Assembly (NCBI GenBank): GCA_965262715.1
Contig: OZ253553.1
Location: forward strand, 2,240,001-2,304,000
DNA: 64,000 nucleotides
Source of the DNA: Bdellovibrionales bacterium
Lineage (GTDB): Bacteria; Bdellovibrionota; Bdellovibrionia; Bdellovibrionales; JAUICD01
Reading direction: 5' to 3'
Below are positions 56,140 through 64,000 of this stretch, one piece after another; the stretch's first letter is position 1; the number at the start of each line of letters is the position of its first letter. The notes under the pieces are model-generated. The model was given only the letters and a program-made list of their open reading frames with translations, was not told the origin of the DNA and searched no databases. Made by a program: the position numbers and the translations under genes.

Positions 56140-57021
56140 ATGAAAAAATACAAGATAGAACTTTACAACATAGTTATTCTTTTTTTTGCAACTCAGGTTC
56201 TTTTAGGATGTGATTTTGCGCCAAAGGATGTTTCTTATTTAAAAAAAGCGATAAGAAGTGAAGAACAACAAAATTACACTCAAGCTATTTTATTTTTAAA
56301 TCAAGCCATAGATTTTAGTAAAGATACTCAATTATTACTAAGGGCAGCTAATAGAGGCCTTGATATTCTCAAGCATTTTACAACAGATAAGTTAGAGAAT
56401 CAGCTTGCAGATCAGTCTAAAAGCACACTTCAAATTAAGTATTTGCATTTGATTTTGCTTTATTCTCAAGATAGAAAGCAAAGAATATCAAGTCAGAAAG
56501 CTATTGCTGATATCTATTTCAATAACATAAAGGATTATCATAAGGCTATTGAGGAGTTGAGTCGTCTTCTTACTCTTGATTTATCAGAAAAAGATATAGC
56601 AAACATTAAATTGAAGATTGCAAAATCTTATTATCATATAGGCAATTTTCAGCAAAGTAAACTAGAGCTTCAAAAACTAGAACAAAATAGCCAACCCTCT
56701 TTTGAGATATTATTGCTAAAAGGGCATATTTTAATTGGAGAGAGGAGTTATGATGAGTCTGTATTAATTTTTGAAAGTCTTATTAAAAGTTTCCCTAAAA
56801 AAGCTGTTACAGATAAGGTCTTTTTAACACTCTCTCTATGTTATGAAGAACAAAAAGAGTTTCAGAAAGCTATAAGTCTTTTATCTAATTTTTTAGAGAA
56901 TAATAAGTTATCTCTAGATATTTCTCAAAGGCAATTTATTGCAATGAAAATTCAGAGATTGAAAGAAACATATAAAATGCAACCGGGTGTTTTTCAAGTT
57001 GGTCAAACATATAGAAGATAA
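56140..57021 (+). CDS. Tetratricopeptide-repeat lipoprotein
   Basis: Lipobox LLGC; TPR-like helices (IADIYF..DYHKAI, IAKSYYHIGNF). Confidence 0.8.
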   Translation: MKKYKIELYNIVILFFATQVLLGCDFAPKDVSYLKKAIRSEEQQNYTQAILFLNQAIDFSKDTQLLLRAANRGLDILKHFTTDKLENQLADQSKSTLQIKYLHLILLYSQDRKQRISSQKAIADIYFNNIKDYHKAIEELSRLLTLDLSEKDIANIKLKIAKSYYHIGNFQQSKLELQKLEQNSQPSFEILLLKGHILIGERSYDESVLIFESLIKSFPKKAVTDKVFLTLSLCYEEQKEFQKAISLLSNFLENNKLSLDISQRQFIAMKIQRLKETYKMQPGVFQVGQTYRR

Positions 57022-57371
57022 TGAAGCAATTTAAAAGTTGGATTTGGATACAGATAGCTTTATGTTTTTTATCTACTTGTTTTGTCTTTTTCTTTTTTGA
57101 TCAAAAGATCACAGTGAGTTTTTTTATTGGAGCTTTACTGAGCACTTCTAATGTGATCTTTTACTTTTTCTTATCTTATTTTTTATTGAAAAGCTTTTTA
57201 CATAGAGGTGTTTTTTTATATCTTTTTTTGGGCTATTTATTGAAATATGGTATTTTATTTTTGATATTTTGGCCTTTCTTTTCAGAAGTGGATATTCTGT
57301 GGGTTATAGCTGGGTTTTCCACTTTTATTGTTTCAAGCCTCATTGAGAGAATTAAGATTAGGGCTTCGTAG
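57021..57371 (+). CDS. AtpI-like four-TM membrane protein
   Basis: 116 aa, SFFIGALLS..N, YLLKY pattern. Confidence 0.55.
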   Translation: MKQFKSWIWIQIALCFLSTCFVFFFFDQKITVSFFIGALLSTSNVIFYFFLSYFLLKSFLHRGVFLYLFLGYLLKYGILFLIFWPFFSEVDILWVIAGFSTFIVSSLIERIKIRAS

Positions 57372-57390
57372 TTAAATGATATAATAACAA

Positions 57391-57909
57391 TTATAGACTT
57401 TGGTTATTTTTTTCGACTTGTTGATCACTACCACAACATTCTGAACTTGTATAACCTTGCTCTTTGTTTTCTATAACCTCCCATGGTTCAATATCATCAA
57501 TAAGTGGCATCTTTTCCCAGTCAGTGACTCCCCATTTTTCAAGATCTGTACAAGGCACACTTCCTGTTAAAGTATGAGGATCATCTTCAGTGCCGGGCTC
57601 TTTATCGGCTCCATAACCATAATATTTTCCATTTTCAGAAATTACAGATAGATATCCACAAGAAGGGCGACAAATCCCATCACCTAAATCTTTGACATGG
57701 CAGGTACTGGGGCTATCGCAGTTTTCTATGCTGAAACGAGTATCTTCTGTTCTTTCACAGGCTCCATAAGATATCGCGGTCGTGGTAGTAGTAGCAGTTG
57801 TTGTTGTTATAATAGAAAGTGTAGAAGGTATTGTTAGCTCTCCTTTAGAACAACAAACAAGGAAGGTGCTTATAATTGATAGTAATGTAAGTTTGTGAAA
57901 AAGTGACAT
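57391..57909 (-). CDS. Cys-rich lipoprotein with Thr linker
   Basis: LVCC lipobox-like, poly-Thr, CRPSCG, ECCG. Confidence 0.7.
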   Translation of the reverse strand: MSLFHKLTLLSIISTFLVCCSKGELTIPSTLSIITTTTATTTTTAISYGACERTEDTRFSIENCDSPSTCHVKDLGDGICRPSCGYLSVISENGKYYGYGADKEPGTEDDPHTLTGSVPCTDLEKWGVTDWEKMPLIDDIEPWEVIENKEQGYTSSECCGSDQQVEKNNQSL

Positions 57910-58437
57910 AGATGTTTTCTCCCTGCTGTTTATAAATAAGTTATCGGAAGATGAAATGGATTTATTGGCACAACCTAAGTCTAAATATTCATTAACTAAT
58001 CTTTTGTTTACAACAGGTTACAAGTTATTTTGTTAGAGGTTTATAGCATATGCGTTATAAATATATTTGTAGCTAGGCATTAGAAAAGCATGAATGAAGG
58101 TGATTGCTTTTTCTTAATTATCTGATGAAATGGATGAATTTTTAAATATAAAAAAGTTTAAATAGCGGAAAAATGAGTGGAAAAACTGTAAATCTTAAGT
58201 AAAACAAGATAGGAAATTAAGAGAAATACTTTAGGATATTTTATAAAAACCTTTGATTATTGCAACACATAAGATAAAGGGCTTTATTGGCGGTGTTGAT
58301 GAACCTTGTAAAAAAAATAATATTTTTTAAATAAATTGTAGACAGCTCTTGTCGCCTCATGTAACGCTATTAGTAAATGAATTATTATACACTTTTATTA
58401 TTAACCTATTAACTTATTTTTTGAAGGAGTTGTGATT

Positions 58438-58611
58438 ATGAAAAATACAAAAAAAACACTACTAGGATATCTATTTGCTATGCTGTTTGTACTAGGAGCT
58501 ACACTAGTTGGTTGTGGCTCTGATGATTGTGATGATGGTCAAGTAAAAAATGATGCCGGCACTTGTGTTGCATGTGGAGGAGGAGGAACTCAACCTCAAT
58601 GTTCTAGTTAG
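58438..58611 (+). CDS. 57-aa Cys-rich lipoprotein (absent from the ORF track)
   Basis: RBS AAGGAG; MKNTKKTLLGYLFAMLFVLGATLVGC-GSDDCDDGQVKNDAGTCVACGGGGTQPQCSS. Confidence 0.8.
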   Translation: MKNTKKTLLGYLFAMLFVLGATLVGCGSDDCDDGQVKNDAGTCVACGGGGTQPQCSS

Positions 58612-58777
58612 ATATTTATAAAATAATAACTCAAGGTGGGTGATTGCTTTTGAGCAAATTTATCCACCTTGAGTTATTTTAATATTTATCTAAACAAAGC
58701 CTGAAAAGAACTTCTGATAACTAATCTTTTGCAGCAATACTGATACTCAATTCGTCCCTGTGTATATGATGAGGGCT
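58545..58777 (+). repeat. 233-bp target duplication, left copy
   Basis: Identical by eye to 60698..60930; abuts the IS terminal repeat. Confidence 0.93.
58625..58680 (+). terminator. Long hairpin terminator (duplicated near 60778)
   Basis: AATAACTCAAGGTGG ... CCACCTTGAGTTATT. Confidence 0.75.
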
Positions 58778-60697
58778 CCTGACTTCGACGGTTTAAACTT
58801 ATAAGTTACTGGGATCATTGGATGATACATTACATCATAGGCACTACAATTGATTTTTAGTTATGTATTAAGTGTATTTTTATTCAATAAGATAAGGTGT
58901 TGTAGAGTGCTTAAGTCCCATAATCTGATAGATTTTCAGAGCTTCCTTACTTATATTTGAAGGTATAGAGTACTTTCTGTTATTGGTTTGATCTACTAAT
59001 AAACTATGCTGTACATGGATTAAAGCATTTCGTATAACTTCCGGTGAACAGGATTGGTATTGTATCTTAATTCTGTAAGCTAAGTGTCTTATACAGACTA
59101 AACAGATAAAAGCAATGGCTATGTGGGCTTTGATTCGATCTGATGTCCAGTGAAATATAGGACGTATTTTTAAATCATGCTTAGCTATCCGGAATGTTTC
59201 TTCGACTTGCCATAACCCCTTATATTGGCTAATAATGTCTAAATCATCCATATCTTTGAGGTTTGTTATGACTCCAAACAAACCATCCCACTTTTGATCT
59301 TCTTTGACTCGATTTTCATTGACTGAAAGCTTTTGTTTCTTGCCTGTGACTTTTAAATACTTCTTATAACCGTAATTGTTTAATAAAGTCTTCACATCTT
59401 GAGCCTTTGAGAGTTTCTTAACTAAACTATCTATAGTTTGTTGACGATCATGTCGATCTTTCTCCGCTCTCTTATAAGAATAACAAACTATCACTTTCCT
59501 CTTATTATCTTTATCTTCTAATGATTGAATCTTGAAACCTTCTTGTTTACTGACAATTTTGTACTTTGACTTATCTAATACAAGCTCTTGTTTTACTTTT
59601 GGTAATTTCTTAAGCTTAGCTCCTACAATATAATGAAGATTCTCATCTTCTAGTGCTTTTAAATTATCTTCACTTAACATTCCTCTATCAGCGACATAAA
59701 TAGCTTGTTCTAAGTTATATTTAGACTTCATCTCTTTTATCACTGGATTTAAGGTATGACCCTCGAAGATAGCACCCGGGAAAGTCTCGTAACTGACAGG
59801 AAAACCTTCTTTGGTCACAACGACTGCTAAACACACTTGAGATTCTTTAAACTTAGCATCTTTACTGTAACCTCTTTGTCTTAAATCATCTTCAATAATT
59901 GATTCAAAATACAGTGTCGTACAATCAAAAAACAAAACTTTCAAAGGCTCTTTAAAAACCTTTTGTGCCACTTGACCTGCCAGTCTCTTTATCTTATCTA
60001 TCCTTTTGCTATCTAAACGATCCATCATGCGATAAATCTTCTCTAACGAAATATGAACTCCAAAATCCTCTTCTAAAAATCGACTGCTCTCTCTTTTACT
60101 TTGAGGATTAGCTATCCGAGCCATCACTGTATGAAATAAAACCCAATGTGATGAATGATAACGACTCACTGGTAAAATGCGATCTAAACCTAATTCCTTG
60201 TACATAGCTCCATAAACCTCATGAATACCTACAATGACTCTTTGATCTTCCCTTAGTTTCTTAAGATCTACTTTTAAGGGTTTATTGCAATGACGAAACT
60301 TGGACTCAATCACTTGTTTAGAAATCTCTTCCGGAGCAAAAAAAGATAATTGATTTTCATTTGTTAGTTTAGCTTTGATGAATTCTCCAAGCTCTTGAAG
60401 ACGAAATAGCTCATCCTCATCTTGAGCCACTCCGACATGACGGATGATCTTTTGGCGAACTTTATTGCCATAACGGATAGAATCAACGATCTGAACTGAC
60501 TGCCTTGGACTGTTTGGTGTGCTTTTGATTCTTACAAACATAAAAATAATTTAATGCTTATTAAAAAAAAAGTCAAAATAAAAATAAAAATAATCTGACA
60601 TGGTGTGTTACTAGGCACTACATCGAAAACTTACTCCAAAATCCTATAACCATCAATGTTACAAAACCAATACCGAACATAAACCGTCGAAGTCAGG
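58778..60697 (-). mobile_element. IS1634-family insertion sequence, 1920 bp
   Basis: Perfect 18-bp TIRs CCTGACTTCGACGGTTTA (58778-58795 / 60680-60697); long flanking direct repeat. Confidence 0.93.
58880..60541 (-). CDS. IS1634-family DDE transposase
   Basis: FFDCTTLYFE, GYSKD, VADRGM, WQVEETFR..K..LKIRPIFHW...RIKAH. Confidence 0.93.
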   Translation of the reverse strand: MFVRIKSTPNSPRQSVQIVDSIRYGNKVRQKIIRHVGVAQDEDELFRLQELGEFIKAKLTNENQLSFFAPEEISKQVIESKFRHCNKPLKVDLKKLREDQRVIVGIHEVYGAMYKELGLDRILPVSRYHSSHWVLFHTVMARIANPQSKRESSRFLEEDFGVHISLEKIYRMMDRLDSKRIDKIKRLAGQVAQKVFKEPLKVLFFDCTTLYFESIIEDDLRQRGYSKDAKFKESQVCLAVVVTKEGFPVSYETFPGAIFEGHTLNPVIKEMKSKYNLEQAIYVADRGMLSEDNLKALEDENLHYIVGAKLKKLPKVKQELVLDKSKYKIVSKQEGFKIQSLEDKDNKRKVIVCYSYKRAEKDRHDRQQTIDSLVKKLSKAQDVKTLLNNYGYKKYLKVTGKKQKLSVNENRVKEDQKWDGLFGVITNLKDMDDLDIISQYKGLWQVEETFRIAKHDLKIRPIFHWTSDRIKAHIAIAFICLVCIRHLAYRIKIQYQSCSPEVIRNALIHVQHSLLVDQTNNRKYSIPSNISKEALKIYQIMGLKHSTTPYLIE

Positions 60698-60930
60698 AAA
60701 AAATGATGCCGGCACTTGTGTTGCATGTGGAGGAGGAGGAACTCAACCTCAATGTTCTAGTTAGATATTTATAAAATAATAACTCAAGGTGGGTGATTGC
60801 TTTTGAGCAAATTTATCCACCTTGAGTTATTTTAATATTTATCTAAACAAAGCCTGAAAAGAACTTCTGATAACTAATCTTTTGCAGCAATACTGATACT
60901 CAATTCGTCCCTGTGTATATGATGAGGGCT
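60698..60930 (+). repeat. 233-bp target duplication, right copy
   Basis: Identical by eye to 58545..58777. Confidence 0.93.
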
Positions 60931-61475
60931 CTTCGGGATGAGTTTTTATCTTTGGTTGTTTAAATGTCTGACTTTTCCATGCTTGATAGCCGGTCGAGAC
61001 CAATTATCAATGTGATGATAATAAGTCATAGTTCAGATAACGAAAAGCATAAGGTTAAAGATTATTAATGAACACATAGATCACATTCTTCTTATAAAAA
61101 AGCTTGTCAGACTCAATTAAATCAAATGCTGTTATTTTAAAAAATAACTAGACATATTACTAGGTTAGTGTAACAAATCAAAAGAGCTTTTATCCAAGAG
61201 TAACTTAGAGGCAGCCTGTCTATGCAATCTAAAACGCAAGGGATTTTTAACTTTCAAAATCACCTTATAAAGGAATCGCCGGTTGAAAATTTGCAGACGA
61301 ATGAAAACTTTTCTGGTATTAAATTTAACAAATCTCTAAAAACGTTTAGATCAGATAGTGTTTTAATATCACGACTATTCTCAAAGGCTAATCGATCCAA
61401 TTGTAGCCTAGACCAACGTTTAGCTTTTTTTCATGCCCAGCTAGCAGAAAGGCTTTGGGAATCCGCCTAAGCTCA

Positions 61476-61916
61476 TTAAACCTTCCCAGTTATAAGAAAT
61501 CTAGTTTTATGAAGCACTTGATCAGGGCTAGGAGATTTAAAATTTTCTGTTACAGAGAAAAGGGTAAGTCGATATGGAATGTATCTACCAAGTAGGCTAT
61601 CACTGTGTTTTCTGTAAGTATCTAAACGATTGCTGCCTGTTACAATGATGCCTAAATTGTCTTTGTAAGAATCATAAAGATCTTTAAGATGGGGGTTCCA
61701 TTTTCTGTTTTTGTGCATTTCATCAAAAAGAACAGGCCCATGACCAATTTTTTTGATAGCACCTTCAGGTGAATGCATCCAAGTTCTTTGAAAATGAGGG
61801 TTATTCCATGAAAAATAATTATTTTTAGATTTTAACAAGCTTTTGCCTAAAGTAGTTTTACCTACCTGACGCGGACCACTTATAAAAGCCATTTTTTTAT
61901 AATGCAGGTAGTACAA
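61476..61916 (-). pseudogene. Truncated AAA_14 ATPase
   Basis: GPRQVGKTT, LFDE, VTGS, SLLGR, then ends at 146 aa with no DUF4143 part. Confidence 0.75.
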
Positions 61917-62074
61917 CTGTTATACAACTGTCCATGCTTTAATCACAGAACGTTTTATAAATGTTGATCAAATAAGTTTATAAATTCTATTTTTGTTTCA
62001 TAGTTATACAATTATGATTTTTCAATGCCTTTTTAAAGGCAACTTTTCTCTTTATGCTCTCAAAAATTCTTTAT

Positions 62075-62090
62075 TGGAGCGTTTTTTGCT
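62075..62090 (+). promoter_or_regulatory. Possible sigma54 promoter
   Basis: TGGAGC-gtttt-TTGCT, 35 bp upstream of the ATG at 62126. Confidence 0.6.
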
Positions 62091-62125
62091 TATTTCCTAT
62101 GTAGGGATATTTTTTGAGGGGGAGT

Positions 62126-63916
62126 ATGAAGAATCATAAATTTTATTTTCTAGGGATTACATTAGCTTTATTAGCTTTATTTACAAATTGTAAAGAGAGT
62201 TCTTTTTCTTCAAATAATTTAACTTCTATGTCTTCTGGTGAGAATAAAGCTTCCACGACAACAATAACAACATCAACACAACAAACACAAACATCGGAAG
62301 GTACACCTGGGCAATGTGGTCAAGACACTTATACTTGCTTGAACGGTACAACTCTTTCTAATAACAGAGAAGAAGATGGTTCTTACAAGTGGTCTTGCTT
62401 AGGGTTAAATGGAGGAGAGGATGTCCATACCTGTAGTCTAACTACAATGCCATTATCTCCAGAACCTGTCAATGGACAGTGTGATAACTCTCTTCGCTAT
62501 GCATGTTTTAATGGTAGCACTCCTGATTATACTAGAGAGCAAGGAACCTTTTATAAATGGTCTTGTTTAGGACTTCATGGAGGAGAAGACATTGACACCT
62601 GTAGTAAAGAAATCCCAGCTTCATCTCAACCAGTTAATGGACAATGTGATGATTCAAAATATTATGCCTGTCTTAGTGACACCACAGTTTCTAGCAAAAG
62701 AATAGAAAATGGTTTTTACAAATGGACGTGTCTAGGAATTCACGGAGGCTCAGATATTTTCTGTCAATCAGCAGTTCCACCACAAGCTGTCAATGGAGAA
62801 TGTAGTGAGGAAGAACATTACACTTGCCTCAATGGTACCACTCCATCAGATGCTGTAGAAAGCGATGGCTTTTATAGATGGTCCTGTCTAGGACTTCATG
62901 GAGGAGAAGATATTCACACTTGTCATCAAGCTCTACCACCACAGACTGTCGATGGACAATGTGGTGAGGAAGAACATTACACTTGCCTCAATGAAACTAT
63001 TCCTGAAAATCTCATAGAGGAAGATGGCTTCTATAAATGGACCTGTTTAGGACTTCATAGAGGTGACGATACCTCTTGTAGTAAAGAAGTGCCACCTTCA
63101 ATTCCAGTAGAGTCGGATGATAGTTTTGAAGTAACTCAAACATCTTTAGCACAAAAAGTAGATATCCTTATGGTGGTAGATGACTCAGGTTCAATGAGTA
63201 AATATCAGAACTTGCTTGGACAACGCTTTGGAGATTTGGTTTCAAATATTACTGGTGTGAATTGGCAAATAGCCTTTATAAATACAAACAGTAGTACTTC
63301 ATCGCATATTAATGAAGTGCTTTCTTCAACAACTTCCAATGTACAAAATAGATTTTTAACATTGATCACTAACCCTCCTGGATCTGCCAGTAATCATGAA
63401 TATCCTTTAACAAATATCACTAGAGTTATAAGTGACAGCCAAAACTCACAAAGCTTTTTTAGAAATGATGCTAGCTTAGCAGTAGTTATTCTTACAAATG
63501 AAGGTCCTGATACAAAAACAGCGCAAAATGTTCTGGATACACTTAAAGCGCAATTTGGTAATGATAAAAGGCTTTTTGCCTATGCGATTATTCCAAGTGG
63601 TAACACTAGTAATAGATATTTATATAGAATCAGAGACCTTGTTGATCGTACTGGGGGAATTACGGGCAATATTAATTCCACGGACTATACCTCTATTTTA
63701 CAAAGTATGAGTACAAATCTAGAAGCAAAACTGAGCCTTAAGGAAATTCCTCTGAGATATGAAGGAGTTATTCAACAGACAATTTCATTGGATTTTACAC
63801 CTGCTGCAAATAAAGTAACAGACTATGTTTATGATCCTCAAACAAATAAAATCATATTCACAACAGTTCCTCCTGGAAGCACAACAATCCATGTTCAATA
63901 TAGATATGTACAATAA
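62126..63916 (+). CDS. Surface protein with five 4-Cys repeats and a vWA domain
   Basis: LFTNC signal; GxC...YxC...Y(K/R)W(S/T)CLGxxGxD..C x5; MIDAS DILMVVDDSGSM. Confidence 0.85.
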   Translation: MKNHKFYFLGITLALLALFTNCKESSFSSNNLTSMSSGENKASTTTITTSTQQTQTSEGTPGQCGQDTYTCLNGTTLSNNREEDGSYKWSCLGLNGGEDVHTCSLTTMPLSPEPVNGQCDNSLRYACFNGSTPDYTREQGTFYKWSCLGLHGGEDIDTCSKEIPASSQPVNGQCDDSKYYACLSDTTVSSKRIENGFYKWTCLGIHGGSDIFCQSAVPPQAVNGECSEEEHYTCLNGTTPSDAVESDGFYRWSCLGLHGGEDIHTCHQALPPQTVDGQCGEEEHYTCLNETIPENLIEEDGFYKWTCLGLHRGDDTSCSKEVPPSIPVESDDSFEVTQTSLAQKVDILMVVDDSGSMSKYQNLLGQRFGDLVSNITGVNWQIAFINTNSSTSSHINEVLSSTTSNVQNRFLTLITNPPGSASNHEYPLTNITRVISDSQNSQSFFRNDASLAVVILTNEGPDTKTAQNVLDTLKAQFGNDKRLFAYAIIPSGNTSNRYLYRIRDLVDRTGGITGNINSTDYTSILQSMSTNLEAKLSLKEIPLRYEGVIQQTISLDFTPAANKVTDYVYDPQTNKIIFTTVPPGSTTIHVQYRYVQ

Positions 63917-64000
63917 ATAAAGATAACCTCAAACTGACTGTATAAGTAATTTTATTACTTATAAGCACTCCTCACCTCGATTTGAATCTCTATGTTTCAA

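Noticed and set aside
60860..60950. Riboswitch at the IS insertion site
   Set aside because: Some pairing potential (ACTCA...TCCC / GGGATGAGT) but no aptamer consensus I can recognise and no clear downstream gene
61222..61470. 82-aa ORF
   Set aside because: No recognisable motif; lies in decayed sequence beside an AAA pseudogene

Overview
AT-rich bacterial chromosome window spanning the replication origin. The core is mnmE-jag-yidC-yidD-rnpA-rpmH divergent from dnaA-oriC-dnaN-recF-gyrB...gyrA, plus ftsQAZ, mreCD-mrdA-rodA, argS, transporters and a cystathionine lyase. Gene order and protein types suggest a Bdellovibrionota-like, possibly host-associated organism (inference). No rRNA, tRNA or CRISPR array was seen. 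The accessory DNA carries the interest. (1) The gyrB-gyrA gap holds two stacked cassettes joined by an in-frame gyrA-start/gyrB-end fusion whose divergence from the resident genes is mostly synonymous. One cassette is a TIGR04255-like/NWDGY/ART-like three-gene operon (candidate defence system). (2) A dispersed modular repeat family has covarying GNRA hairpins, nested palindromes and head-to-tail permuted copies, and its termini often sit upstream of accessory genes. (3) A tandem array of sigma54-driven mosaic lipoproteins. (4) A two-gene secreted module (small beta protein + Cys-rich protein) occurs twice, 55 kb apart. (5) An IS1634 element has a 233-bp target duplication.
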